A stretch of 64,000 bases of DNA, taken from the NCBI GenBank assembly GCA_030950485.1, contig JAUZRK010000001.1, forward strand, positions 103,998 to 167,997, read 5' to 3'. Position numbers and translations under genes: made by a program. A model generated the notes under the pieces. It made no database searches, had not been told where the DNA came from, and saw only the letters and a list, made by a program, of their open reading frames with translations. Shown here in pieces: positions 21,891-32,703 of this stretch. Source of the stretch: Candidatus Dojkabacteria bacterium (lineage in GTDB: Bacteria; Patescibacteriota; Dojkabacteria; J137). Every line of letters starts with the position of its first letter. Positions within the stretch are counted from its first letter, which is position 1.

Positions 21891-22484
21891 ATGTCTATAA
21901 ACGAAAAAACTCTAGAACAACTCTTTGTTTCAAAGGTTAGAATTAAAGCGCTTAGATACTTTATGACTAATCCTACAATATCTATTCATCTTAGAGGAGC
22001 TGTTAGGGAGTTTGATGAAGAGATTAATGCTGTAAGAAGAGAACTAATGAGATTAGAGACTGTTGGACTAATAAAAGTAGAAACTAAGGGTAATAGAAAA
22101 TATTTTAAGTTAAATATAAATCATTCTTTAGTAGATGAATTAAGTAATTTAATTCATAAAACTTTTGGTTTAGGAGGAGAGATTACATCCCAAGCAAGTA
22201 AACTTGGTGATATTAAATTTGCATTCTTAACTCCATCTTTTACAAAAGGTTTTCAGTATGGAAACCAAATTATTGACCTTGTTCTTATAGGTACAGTAAA
22301 TATGAACGATTTAAACAAAATAGTAAAAGTACAAGAAGATGCTACCGGTAAAGAAATACACTATACTGTAATTAGTAATACTGAATTTGATCTAAGAAAA
22401 AGAAGAAAAGATAACTTTTACACAGATTTAATTGAGCAAAGTCTTGTAATGTTAGTAGGAAAACAAGAAGACCTTATCTCATAA
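21891..22484 (+). CDS. hypothetical winged-helix protein downstream of recA
   Basis: N-terminal HTH-like IKALRYFMTNPTISIHLRGAVREFDEEINAVRRELMRLETVGLIK. Confidence 0.4.
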   Translation: MSINEKTLEQLFVSKVRIKALRYFMTNPTISIHLRGAVREFDEEINAVRRELMRLETVGLIKVETKGNRKYFKLNINHSLVDELSNLIHKTFGLGGEITSQASKLGDIKFAFLTPSFTKGFQYGNQIIDLVLIGTVNMNDLNKIVKVQEDATGKEIHYTVISNTEFDLRKRRKDNFYTDLIEQSLVMLVGKQEDLIS

Positions 22485-22487
22485 AAT

Positions 22488-23765
22488 ATGAATAAATTAT
22501 TAACTAAAGCTCTTATTATATTGTTAGCATTTAGCTTTCTAACTACTATCATTCCTAATTTTACGAGCATTGATAATACTATTGAAGCTGATGATACTGA
22601 TACAGCAGATTTAGAGCAAGAGTTGAGAGATATAGAAGCACAAAGAAGAGCACTTCAGTTAGAGCAAGAAGAAATTCAAAATAAGATCAACGAAAATAAT
22701 TATCTTATAGAAGGATATAACGACCAGGCGTCTTCTTTATGGGGAGAAATTCAGATTTTTCAAAAAGATATAGATATTTTAGCTTTAGAAATTAATGAAA
22801 TAGAAATTAGTATTGAAGCTTTAAATGGACAAATAGAAAAAAAACTAGCTAAAATTGAAGTTAGTGAAGGTAATATTTCAGAAATGGAAACAGAATCTGA
22901 TAAGAGAATAGTAAGTAGTTATAAAAATTTTAGAGTTTATGGACACGATTTAGGGTCTGGATCTAGCTTTCTTAATGTAGACGAGGTTAATGATTATTTT
23001 AAAGATACAAAATATAGAGATATTATCCAATCTGATGCAAATCAGATTATTAATGATTTACATGATTTAAGAGAAGAATTAAGAGTAAAAAAAGCTGATT
23101 TAGAAGAGAATTTAATTGAAGTAAAAAAAGAAAGAGAAAATATTGAATCTAGAAAATTAGATTTAGATACTAAAAAGGCAGAGATACAAGCTAAATGGAG
23201 TACTTATGAATCAGAGATAAATAATATAGCGAATAGAAATGCAGAAAACCAAAACCTACTATTTGTTATTTCACAAGAAGATATTGATTTAAATACAAGA
23301 GCTGAACGAATTAGAGAAGAGATATTTAATACTTTTACTCCACCTAGTGATGGGGAATATGTAACTGCAGGAAGACCCATAGGTACACAAGGTTGTACAG
23401 GTCTTTGTACTGGAGCTCACTTACATTTTATAGTCTGGGATTATGGTAACTATCAAGATCCTTGCGGATATCTTCCTTCTGGTAATGTCGCAGGATGTGG
23501 TTGGGGAAATAGTCTTGATTGGCCTATAGGTAGCGCTGTATTTACTAGTGGATATGGAAGCAGATGTTTTAACTGGGGAGGTCAACAATACTGTGATTGG
23601 CATAATGGTGCTGACTTTGCTGGACCTGCTGGAAGTACAATATTCTCAGCTCATGATGGATGGTTATATTATGGATGGGATCCATATGGAGCTCACTATG
23701 CAATAATTTGTCAAAATGCAGATTGTAATACTGGTATTAAAACTGGGTATTGGCATATGCAGTAG
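22488..23765 (+). CDS. EnvC-like coiled-coil protein with C-terminal M23 (LytM) metallopeptidase domain
   Basis: signal/TM N-terminus, long coiled coil, HLHF and WHNGADF M23 zinc-ligand motifs. Confidence 0.6.
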   Translation: MNKLLTKALIILLAFSFLTTIIPNFTSIDNTIEADDTDTADLEQELRDIEAQRRALQLEQEEIQNKINENNYLIEGYNDQASSLWGEIQIFQKDIDILALEINEIEISIEALNGQIEKKLAKIEVSEGNISEMETESDKRIVSSYKNFRVYGHDLGSGSSFLNVDEVNDYFKDTKYRDIIQSDANQIINDLHDLREELRVKKADLEENLIEVKKERENIESRKLDLDTKKAEIQAKWSTYESEINNIANRNAENQNLLFVISQEDIDLNTRAERIREEIFNTFTPPSDGEYVTAGRPIGTQGCTGLCTGAHLHFIVWDYGNYQDPCGYLPSGNVAGCGWGNSLDWPIGSAVFTSGYGSRCFNWGGQQYCDWHNGADFAGPAGSTIFSAHDGWLYYGWDPYGAHYAIICQNADCNTGIKTGYWHMQ

Positions 23766-23774
23766 GAACTATAT

Positions 23775-24350
23775 CTATGAAGCTTGATCCTCAGCTACCA
23801 TTTTAAAAATCACAGGTTTAAAGTCTGCTTTAATCTGGTACATTTGATTACCAAGTGCTTGTGAAATTTTATCTGAGTCTTCTGATCTCGCTTTCTCAAG
23901 CTCCCTTGCAATATCATATAAGAAATAAAGCCCAAGGAAATCTGGGATTTTCGGATCTTGCTCTAGACGTTTTCTTTCGTCTTCAATTATTTTATCTAAT
24001 TCAATATTTTCATCCCGGTTAACATTTTCTATCGCATTTGCAATTCTTTTAAAGCTATCCTGATATGCATTTATTTCATATGGGAATAATCTAGGATCTC
24101 TATTCTCTATAAATATTGAAATTCTATTAACTCGCCAATCATATCCCTGATCATGTAGATATTCTTCTCCTTCATTGTCAGATATGATGTTATTTGTACC
24201 TCTTTTAGCCTGCCTCCAGTTACTGTAAATATTTATTAATAAATTACGAAGAGGAAGTGAATTCGGATTAATAGCAGGATCCCCATCAACTCCACCAATA
24301 ATTTGAACTATACTTCTAACTGTTGTGGCTGATTTTAATTCTTTAATCAC
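23775..24350 (-). CDS. hypothetical protein (reading frame stays open upstream to about 24590 without an ATG; may be longer or disrupted)
   Basis: ORF from the track; the upstream extension translates cleanly. Confidence 0.35.
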   Translation of the reverse strand: MIKELKSATTVRSIVQIIGGVDGDPAINPNSLPLRNLLINIYSNWRQAKRGTNNIISDNEGEEYLHDQGYDWRVNRISIFIENRDPRLFPYEINAYQDSFKRIANAIENVNRDENIELDKIIEDERKRLEQDPKIPDFLGLYFLYDIARELEKARSEDSDKISQALGNQMYQIKADFKPVIFKMVAEDQAS

Positions 24351-24971
24351 ATCGCCTAGGCTCTCTATCTGTTCACTTGTAAATCCACTGTCTATAATTA
24401 CCTTTGCAATCTCAGACCACTGCTTATTTCGATTACTCCAATCTTCTCTAATAGCTATAACATAATTTCTTATAAGTACGGGGTTATGAATTAATGCGTC
24501 ATTAATCTCAGCTATTAGTCCATCAATGTCATCTTCCAGTATTTTTTTCTGTCCAGGCTCGAAATTAGATAATTTAGCTCTCTACACTTTCATTACTTTG
24601 ACAATTTTACCCACTATAGTCTCAGCCTCTGTTGGTTTTCATCATCACCAGTACCTATTCCTGCTATTAGTCCTAAGACATATGCAGGGACTTTACCTTG
24701 ACGAGATTCCTTCTCTCCAGAGCTTGGATCTCTAATGTCAATTAACCCCAACTTATAGTTTTTAACATTATCACGGAACCACTCATCATGAGCTTCGTCC
24801 TCAATTCTATTAAATAAATCCTTCTCTTGTGTTTCTATGTTAATTCCACTAACTATTGCTTCTGCTCCCATACCGAATTATAGTACTAAATCTTCATTTA
24901 TAGAAATCGTTTTCTATAGATTCAGGTTATACTCTAAGTGATAATCGGCTATAAACTTTTATAACTCATTA

Positions 24972-25677
24972 ATGGAACTACACTATATTCAAGCAGCAAT
25001 ACTTTTAGAACTAGGCCAGATAAAAGGCCTAACTTTTAGTGGATTCAAAATACCGACTGAGCTTAATATAGAAGCAGATAAATTTAACTACCATCTTAAA
25101 ACGCTAGTAAAACTAAAACTAGTAAATAAAAAAAGAAGGAGAGTACTCATTAAGTTTTGAAGGTAAGAAGATTGTAAGTAATCTAGATTTTATAAATAAA
25201 CAAAAAGAGGAAACACCTAAAATAAGTATTATGGCTAGGATATTCAGAGAGAAAAAAGGTATTAAGCAAATTTTAGTTAGCCAACGACTTAAACATCCTT
25301 ACTTAAACGCACTCGGTTTAGTTACTGGAAAAGTCAAAGTTGGAGAAAAATTTGAAGACGAGATGATTCGAGAATGTATTGAAGAAACGGGGCTTGTTCC
25401 TACTAAGTTTGAAATGGTAGGAGTAGCTAGATGGATTGATTATGATTCGAAGAAGACATTGCTACACGATGCTACTTTTATAATTTTCGATGTTTATGAA
25501 ACTGATGGAGTATTAATAGAGCAGAGTGATGAATCTAAAAATTTCTGGGTAGATTATTCAGAATTAAAAAATATGGACAATTTATTGCCTACTTTAAAAG
25601 AGATGGCTAAGGGGAAGGAGCTCCAGAGTAGAACAATGGTTTTTGAGGAAAGAGTAGCTGTTTTGGATAATTTTTAG
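24972..25677 (+). pseudogene. winged-helix + Nudix hydrolase fusion, split by a +1 frameshift in an A7 run (25128-25134)
   Basis: ORF1 ends ..LVNKKRRRVLIKF*. Dropping one A gives LVNKKEGEYSLSFEGKKIVSNLDFINKQKEETPKISIMARIF.., which joins ORF 25231-25677. Canonical Nudix box GKVKVGEKFEDEMIRECIEETGL. Confidence 0.65.
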
Positions 25678-25689
25678 GGGTTAGTTTGA

Positions 25690-25860
25690 AACGTTTCGGG
25701 ACACGGTTCAACCTTGACCCAGCCAGGGTCACAACCTAGATCATCCGCAAGTGTACATACACTGGCGCATGGTTTGCCATTTTTATGCAGGAGCATGGTT
25801 GTACCATGCTCCGATACGTTTTTATGACAAAGCTAAAAGTTCATGAGAAAGTATATTTAC
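25690..25860. ncRNA. GC-rich structured island in convergent intergenic space (candidate small RNA or 3' element)
   Basis: perfect 9-bp hairpin ggagcatgg/ttgta/ccatgctcc and hairpin ttgaccc/agcca/gggtcaa; GC content well above surroundings. Confidence 0.3.
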
Positions 25861-25869
25861 GAATCAAAT

Positions 25870-26325
25870 CTAAATCGACTCAGTCTTTACAAGCTTCATA
25901 TCATCATCAAAAGTATATTTAGCCTCATAGAAGTCTGGGGAGCTAAGAATTATTGGAGCATACACTTTATCTGCTTGAGGTAAAGCTATTTCGTCTAACT
26001 TAACGATTGATATCCATTGAAGCTTATGACCTTCTACGTCTTTTGTTGTCTCTCCTTTGAAATCCTCTATAAGGTAAATGAATAAATGCCATTGAATATC
26101 TTTTGATACTTCAGTTACTAACCCTTTTAATTTAGTATCAGCTATCTCTAGTCCCGTAGTTAAACAGTTTCTTCGTACATTTTCGAAAGTTGATTCACTA
26201 TCTTTTACTAGATCACCCAGAGGAATATAGATTTCTCCATAGTGTAAATGAGGCTTTTCAACTAATAAAATCTCATTTTTATTATTTCGAATAAATATTA
26301 CAGTTTCCGGTCTTATCTCTCTCAT
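25870..26325 (-). CDS. Nudix-fold protein with degenerate Nudix box
   Basis: VIFIRNNKNEILLVEK.. and ENVRRNCLTTGLEI resemble the Nudix fold but lack the EE pair. Confidence 0.4.
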   Translation of the reverse strand: MREIRPETVIFIRNNKNEILLVEKPHLHYGEIYIPLGDLVKDSESTFENVRRNCLTTGLEIADTKLKGLVTEVSKDIQWHLFIYLIEDFKGETTKDVEGHKLQWISIVKLDEIALPQADKVYAPIILSSPDFYEAKYTFDDDMKLVKTESI

Positions 26326-26326
26326 A

Positions 26327-27520
26327 TTATTTTTTATAGATTTTAATTGCCCCCTTTAAGCCCTCTATAAGCTTAGCAATGTCTTCCTCGTTATTATAAA
26401 CACTAATACTAGCTCTTAAACTTGCAGGAACATTTAGCACGTCTCTATGCAGGATCTGGGTACAGTGATGTCCTGCTCTTACACAAATGTTTTTCTCTCC
26501 TAAGTAAGCAGATATATCATGTGAATGAATTCCTTCAATATTAAAACTAACTACAGCTAGAGCCTCTTTACCTGTAACATTTTTAGGATGATATATTTCT
26601 ATATTCTCAATTTCATCTAATCTTTCTAGTAAATAAAGTCTAAGCCTTTCTTCACTTAGCTTTATTTCTTCAAAACCAATACTGTCAATAAATCTTACAG
26701 CTTCTGCAAGTGCTATCGCTGCTGCTATATTAGGTGTACCAGCTTCAAATTTTGTTGGACCGCTTGCGTAGGTAGAACCGTTCCGTGTTACTTCATCTAT
26801 CATTCCTCCACCTAGCTTAAATGGATTTAGTTCTTTCATAATCTCTTCTTTTATATATAGAACACCTATTCCCGTTGGGGCAAACAGTTTATGTCCCGAG
26901 AAAGTTAAGAAATCTACATCTAAATCTTTGACGTCTATTTTCATATGCGCTATTGATTGAGTCGCATCTATAATTGAGTAGGCATTTTCATTAGAAGTTA
27001 TTATCTCTTTTATCGGTATTATTGTTCCAGTAACGTTACTGGCATGAATACTTGCAAAAATGTCAGAATCTTTGAATATCTTTGTATCATTTATTAAGTA
27101 ATTATCATCTAATCCTAAATATTGAATCATTTCTGGCTGTAAGTCCTGCCATGGTAGGACGTTAGAGTGATGTTCAAGATCTGTTAATGTGATTTTTGGA
27201 GGAACATTGATAAAACCACTTGAATAAAGTGATCTAGAAACTCCGTTAATTGCCTCTGTTGCGCCAGATGTAAAGATTATTTCATTAGGTTCCGCATTTA
27301 TAAATTTAGCAATTGTCTCTCTTACTTTTTCATATTCATCTGTGGCTTTTTCAGAAAGAGGGTAGAGTCCCCTATGAACATTCGAATTATATTCCGTATA
27401 AAATTCTACTAATTTATCAATTACTACTTTTGGTTTTTGAGAAGTAGATGCACTGTCTAGATAGACAAGTCCTTTATTTTTAGAAAAAATTGGGAATTGA
27501 TTTTTTATATTATTATTCAT
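26327..27520 (-). CDS. sufS: cysteine desulfurase SufS/CsdA-type (class V aminotransferase)
   Basis: PLP-lysine motif TFSGHKLFAPTGIGVLYI; C-terminal active-site Cys region HHCTQ. Confidence 0.75.
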   Translation of the reverse strand: MNNNIKNQFPIFSKNKGLVYLDSASTSQKPKVVIDKLVEFYTEYNSNVHRGLYPLSEKATDEYEKVRETIAKFINAEPNEIIFTSGATEAINGVSRSLYSSGFINVPPKITLTDLEHHSNVLPWQDLQPEMIQYLGLDDNYLINDTKIFKDSDIFASIHASNVTGTIIPIKEIITSNENAYSIIDATQSIAHMKIDVKDLDVDFLTFSGHKLFAPTGIGVLYIKEEIMKELNPFKLGGGMIDEVTRNGSTYASGPTKFEAGTPNIAAAIALAEAVRFIDSIGFEEIKLSEERLRLYLLERLDEIENIEIYHPKNVTGKEALAVVSFNIEGIHSHDISAYLGEKNICVRAGHHCTQILHRDVLNVPASLRASISVYNNEEDIAKLIEGLKGAIKIYKK

Positions 27521-27580
27521 GTTTATATTTTACCAGACAAACAGAAGTATAGATGTTTTTAATCATACTAAAGTTACTAT

Positions 27581-29518
27581 CTATATATTGAAGTCGCCGT
27601 TTAAAACAAGCTTATAATTCTGAGGCTTATCTAAATCTAGAATAAACATACCCTTATTTCTTATTAGATAAAATAGGTAGTCTCCCTGGATAAAGAAATT
27701 AGTAATTATATCTGAAGTATTTAAACTTGTAATTTGCTCTTCACTATTTTTATCTATGTTAAACAAAAATATATTACTTCTTCCGTCCTCGTTATTTATA
27801 TATAAGAATTTATTGTTAGATCCATTTAAGAATCTATAATTATTTCCTTCATTTCTAGTAGCTAATGTTCTAAGTTCAGATGTTCTTAAATCATAGACTA
27901 CCAGCTCTACAAATCTTGTATTTTCATCTATTGCTGTTAATAAAACTCTAGTTCCATCTGGCGAGACATCTAAGATACTGATAGCTGGGTTCTCAAGTAC
28001 ATCTCTCCTATCAAGTGTCTGTATATTCATTCTAGTAAGTGTCATTTCAGAATCTTTATTTGGCCTATAAGTATAGTAAAGCCAAGTACTATCATCGCTA
28101 ATTCTTGAGTCTAAAAACTCTCCTTCACTTGCTGAAGTTATATCCTTAAATGTAGATCCGTTAAGATACTTTAAACCTAGTGTTACAAAATTTGATTTTC
28201 TATCAGGATAATAAACTGTGCTAAATAGTTCAGCCTTATAGTTCGGGATTATTCTTCCTGACAAGGAGATATCTTCTTGTAGGTACTGGAACGAATTATT
28301 ATTTAAATCTAATGCGTAGATTGGAGAAATAACTTCTTTCTTAGAATCTTCAAGTTCTTGAAATCCAGATTGAAAGTAAATTTTATCTCTTGTTTCATCT
28401 AAGTACAGATTGATAGGATTAATATTTAGAAAGCCTTTTGTAAGATTTACTAGGTTTTCTCCGTCATAGCTAGACTTATATAGTTGATGTCCTTCATCAA
28501 TCTCTCCAGCATCGTATCCAAAGTAAACAGTCCCTTCCTCTACTAGTCTAAAGTTAAATGGTTTATTTACACCTTGCTTAATGTCTAATTCATATTCCCT
28601 TTCTTCATATCCATCAGCTGATACTCTTACAAGATATTTCTTTCCTATTTCAAGATCTTCTACAACAAAAATCTCCATATCTTTGTCTATAATTACTCTT
28701 TCTTCTTGAACATTATTAATTCTTATCTTTAAGTCTTCAACAAGATCTCCTTTAACATAGCTTATTATTGATCCTTCAAGTCTTCCAGATGGCGCTAGCT
28801 CTAATGATCCAATATTATTAATTCCAGCATTTATTGTAATTGTTTTATTTATCTCGTTAAAATTTGGAGATGTAAATATTAGTGGGTATTCTCCAACTTC
28901 AATTTGTCCTAGGTTAAATGTTCCGTCAAGACTATATGTTATTTTCTTACCATTTATCATTAACTCATCTTTGTTTACGTCTAGTTGATATCCGTCTGGG
29001 GCTATTATTGTTCCTGATACATTAGCTAAGGATTCAGAGTTCAAGAGTATACTTTTCTCATTTTTATAGTTAAACAAGCTTCTCGTAACTTCTATATTTT
29101 CAGTGTAGGTAGCGTATCCATCTTTAGTTACAGTAAGAGTATAAGTTCCTAGGTCTAGATTTTCTAATTTATAAAACCCCTCTATATTTGATACATTTTG
29201 ACTGTATCCATCAATTGAAACTGTTGCTCCAGGGAGAACGTCTTGTTCTAGATCACTTACGATGTAGCCCTCTAGGGTAATGTTTGCAAGGGTTGCGTCT
29301 GTTTTTGTAAAGTATAGTCCTAGTGTTAGGGAAAATATTACAAAAGAGAGTAGTAGTACCGTTAGTAATATCTTTTTTATTGTTTTAAATCCTCCTGATA
29401 AATCGGGCAGGTAGCTTTTCATTTCTATTTTTTGCTTATATGGCTGTGCAACTGGGGTTGCTACCTGTGGATTTGTAACTTGAGTTGTAGTAATTGGTTG
29501 AGCTTGGATTTCTGCCAT
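27581..29518 (-). CDS. large membrane-anchored surface protein with Ig/carboxypeptidase-regulatory-like and TolB-like beta-propeller repeats
   Basis: N-terminal TM helix; repeated beta-rich segments. Confidence 0.45.
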   Translation of the reverse strand: MAEIQAQPITTTQVTNPQVATPVAQPYKQKIEMKSYLPDLSGGFKTIKKILLTVLLLSFVIFSLTLGLYFTKTDATLANITLEGYIVSDLEQDVLPGATVSIDGYSQNVSNIEGFYKLENLDLGTYTLTVTKDGYATYTENIEVTRSLFNYKNEKSILLNSESLANVSGTIIAPDGYQLDVNKDELMINGKKITYSLDGTFNLGQIEVGEYPLIFTSPNFNEINKTITINAGINNIGSLELAPSGRLEGSIISYVKGDLVEDLKIRINNVQEERVIIDKDMEIFVVEDLEIGKKYLVRVSADGYEEREYELDIKQGVNKPFNFRLVEEGTVYFGYDAGEIDEGHQLYKSSYDGENLVNLTKGFLNINPINLYLDETRDKIYFQSGFQELEDSKKEVISPIYALDLNNNSFQYLQEDISLSGRIIPNYKAELFSTVYYPDRKSNFVTLGLKYLNGSTFKDITSASEGEFLDSRISDDSTWLYYTYRPNKDSEMTLTRMNIQTLDRRDVLENPAISILDVSPDGTRVLLTAIDENTRFVELVVYDLRTSELRTLATRNEGNNYRFLNGSNNKFLYINNEDGRSNIFLFNIDKNSEEQITSLNTSDIITNFFIQGDYLFYLIRNKGMFILDLDKPQNYKLVLNGDFNI

Positions 29519-29665
29519 AGGTATATTGTACAGGAAATATCTTAGAGGTTAAATATTAAGCCGCTTCTTCATTATTAACCCAAAGTACGTCTAAATCCTG
29601 TATTTGATAAGACGGTTTATAAGAAAAATCTTTGAACCCTTTTAGCTGATACCTTTCACCTACTT

Positions 29666-29971
29666 CTAGAATTTTGAATTGATAGCCCTCTCAAAAAGTC
29701 CTCCTGTCCTATTAGTTCTAATGGCTCCATTTGTTGACATTGCGACTCTTTTAAAACCATTGGCTTTTGCAAAAGCTACTACCTGATCTAATGCAGCGTA
29801 AAAGAATGCTTCTTCATCTGTTGAGTAAAGAAACGTACTAGATGGATTCATTGAAATTACCAATACTCTTTCACCATCCTGTTCGTAGTGGTGCATCATA
29901 GTTAATCCTACAGATACATCAGACCCTTCAGGTACATAAATCATTTGTATAAAATTTTCTTGATCCCACAT
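29666..29971 (-). CDS. hypothetical protein, last gene of the six-gene operon (C-terminus may continue in another frame)
   Basis: the adjacent frame reads QFKILEVGERYQLKGFKDFSYKPSYQIQDLDVLWVNNEEAA* just downstream. Confidence 0.4.
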   Translation of the reverse strand: MWDQENFIQMIYVPEGSDVSVGLTMMHHYEQDGERVLVISMNPSSTFLYSTDEEAFFYAALDQVVAFAKANGFKRVAMSTNGAIRTNRTGGLFERAINSKF

Positions 29972-30021
29972 GTTTTTTCTGCTATAGATGGATTATCCCC
30001 GGAAACGCATACTCCTCCAGT

Positions 30022-30528
30022 TTACCTTGCATGTGCTGACTCCTTGGTTTTAGTTATTATTCCAAATACTCTTGTTTCTTTGCTATCACTGTTATCAACC
30101 GCTTGAAACTTGTCTATTTCAGTTTTTACTCTATGTGCCTGATCCGAGAAAATATACTGCATTTCACCTGCAATATAATACTTGAATTCGTCTGGATTAA
30201 AATTTATTTCATCTGAAACATCCAATGTAGCATTTTCTAATATTTCATCTAACTCGTCCTGCGTTACAAGCTCATTACTACTGTCAATTCCTAAGATTTC
30301 ATACAGTGCGTCACGGGCAACTACTCTATTTCTTAACTGTCCGAATACTTGTTTACTATCTTTTGAAGCTCCAGAGTCTCCAGTTTGCCTTGAAAATCTT
30401 GAAGCTTTTCTAATAAATCTAATGACAGATTCTTCACTTTTGTATCTGCCATTTGGATATCTCTTTATCAATATTCTCTTTACATTCTTTACTAAGCTAG
30501 GATCTATTCCTATTTTTGATGGGTTCAA
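30022..30528 (-). CDS. hypothetical protein (basic N-terminus, acidic C-terminus)
   Basis: ORF in operon. Confidence 0.4.
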   Translation of the reverse strand: MNPSKIGIDPSLVKNVKRILIKRYPNGRYKSEESVIRFIRKASRFSRQTGDSGASKDSKQVFGQLRNRVVARDALYEILGIDSSNELVTQDELDEILENATLDVSDEINFNPDEFKYYIAGEMQYIFSDQAHRVKTEIDKFQAVDNSDSKETRVFGIITKTKESAHAR

Positions 30529-30540
30529 TTGATTAACTCT

Positions 30541-32664
30541 TTACTCCTTCTCATTAATAAGTAACTGATCAAATACCTCTCGTAATCTTGTATTAAGAGC
30601 ACCATTATTTTCAACTCTCTCAGCTAGATCTTTAATAGCGTCTTTCATTTTACCAGCAAAAAACTCATGCATTTCTAAGAGTAGTGCATATTCTTCATTC
30701 CTAGAATTCTCTACTCTTATACCGGTTGCATTAATATATCTTTGCATATCCTCAAACTCAGTGAACTGATAAAGCATTACTATCTTACTTAGTTCATACA
30801 TTGTTATATCTTCCTCTCCATAGAGGTGCTGAATCGCAATCGCATAAATTTTCTCTTCATCAGAGGCTTCCATATCAATATCTATTTCATATTTCCGTAA
30901 TATGTTATCAACCTCAATAGTCAGAACATTCTGTCTCCCCTCCTCTTTTGGACTATAAATCGCTCTTTCCCTTACCCAAACTATGTCTTGTTGAAGCGAT
31001 TTAGTTCTTAATCTTATTTCCTCAATATCTTCACCTTCCTTCAAAACTATTTCTTTTGCTGCCCTAGAATCAATAACATATCTATCTTCAATTTTGAACC
31101 CAGCAAGGTCTTCAGATCTATCTTTAGCGGAGTCATTAGATTCATGATTAGTCCAGTTACCTACATTATTTGGATAAGTTGCTGCTAAAACCTCAGCGTA
31201 ATAGGGTAGCTCTCTCTCAGTTTGAGAAAGTTGTTCTCTTGAAACCATCTTTGATTGCACACTCTTAACAGATTCTATGAAGATTCTTCTTTCTGTTGTA
31301 GTATTTCTCCTTTTATATTCTTTTATAATTTCTGGGGTTAGTACTCTTATTTCAGTTATAAATTCTAAAACTAATCTTTTGTCTTCTATACTTTGCTCAA
31401 GTACACCTGCCTTTCTTGCATTTAGGTAACCTCCTAGTAAATTTTCTGCACTACCTCCTAAATTAATAATTCTAATAAAAAAATTAATATCATCTTTACT
31501 ACTCAAAAACTCATTCGTATTCATAATTAATATTCTGTTTAAAGCAGGATTGCTTCTTTCAAGAATCTGTAAGCCTGCAGTATGATTTACGAGAGTCATG
31601 ATGGGCTCTGGATTATCAATTAATAGCTCCATTATGTTACTGGAATGATAGAATTCCCTAAAGCTACGTATAGAATTTTCTATTGTAGATGCCAGTTTGT
31701 CTTCTGAATGTTTCCTTAAAATTTCAGCTCGTATTTCGTCTTCTCTTTCCCCCATTCTAATATGAGCAGCTATTACTCTGTCAAGCTTATCTTGCGATTT
31801 CTCTCCCTCTCTTTTAAGAAGCACTATACTAATTAATGTATCATTAGTCATATGCTTTATACCCTTCAAAGTATCTAATATTTCAGCTGCTTCATTTATT
31901 TCTATTTTTGGGTATAGCCTAGAACTAGTTCTTGTATTGACAAGACTATCAAACCATTTCGCTGCTGTGACAATATCAAGCCCCTCCAATTTTGGTAGTA
32001 TTATATCTAAATCATTCAGATTGGGTTGAAATCTTGAAGTAAAAGTAGCTACATGATAAAGCAAATTCGACACATCATCTTTATTCATGTCTTCATCTAT
32101 TCTTAAATCGGATTTCTCTATTATTCCTATTAAGAAGTCTGAACTTGTAAACAAATTTTCTAACCGTATATTATGATTAAATAGTACCCTTACAGCTTCT
32201 ATATAATGTTCGTTAGCGAATCTTTCCAAAAGAATTTCTTTTACTTGAAATACATTTTCTATAAAGTCTGAATCTTGCCCTATTAAAATTCCAATTTTCA
32301 TGGCAAGTTCCTTATCAATGCCAGGATGACTTAAGCTCTTGATCAATAGATTAGATGGTGTAATATATGCTTGAGCTCCTTCTTTTCTTTCTTGAAGTTC
32401 TACATTTAATGGAATGCAAGTGTTTAAATATACTTTAACCCCATCTAAATAATCTAGATTTAGCTCGAAACCAGTATTATTGGTTCGACCTAGGGTAAAA
32501 CTTGATATTTGATATTCTAGCTGCCATATTAACTTACGAGCTATTTCAGCACCGAGTTCATCAATTTCGCCTTCTCTCTTAATAGCTATTTCAATTAGCT
32601 GTATTATTTCATTTAGTTGATAGCCATAGGCCTGAGATGCTTCTGCTGTGTTCCCTGCCAACAT
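30541..32664 (-). CDS. hypothetical 707-aa protein, no recognisable catalytic motif
   Basis: long ORF in operon; no P-loop or nuclease motifs seen. Confidence 0.5.
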   Translation of the reverse strand: MLAGNTAEASQAYGYQLNEIIQLIEIAIKREGEIDELGAEIARKLIWQLEYQISSFTLGRTNNTGFELNLDYLDGVKVYLNTCIPLNVELQERKEGAQAYITPSNLLIKSLSHPGIDKELAMKIGILIGQDSDFIENVFQVKEILLERFANEHYIEAVRVLFNHNIRLENLFTSSDFLIGIIEKSDLRIDEDMNKDDVSNLLYHVATFTSRFQPNLNDLDIILPKLEGLDIVTAAKWFDSLVNTRTSSRLYPKIEINEAAEILDTLKGIKHMTNDTLISIVLLKREGEKSQDKLDRVIAAHIRMGEREDEIRAEILRKHSEDKLASTIENSIRSFREFYHSSNIMELLIDNPEPIMTLVNHTAGLQILERSNPALNRILIMNTNEFLSSKDDINFFIRIINLGGSAENLLGGYLNARKAGVLEQSIEDKRLVLEFITEIRVLTPEIIKEYKRRNTTTERRIFIESVKSVQSKMVSREQLSQTERELPYYAEVLAATYPNNVGNWTNHESNDSAKDRSEDLAGFKIEDRYVIDSRAAKEIVLKEGEDIEEIRLRTKSLQQDIVWVRERAIYSPKEEGRQNVLTIEVDNILRKYEIDIDMEASDEEKIYAIAIQHLYGEEDITMYELSKIVMLYQFTEFEDMQRYINATGIRVENSRNEEYALLLEMHEFFAGKMKDAIKDLAERVENNGALNTRLREVFDQLLINEKE

Positions 32665-32703
32665 ATATGTACTAAGTCGGCTTAGCTCACTTGCACCTTG
32701 TGA

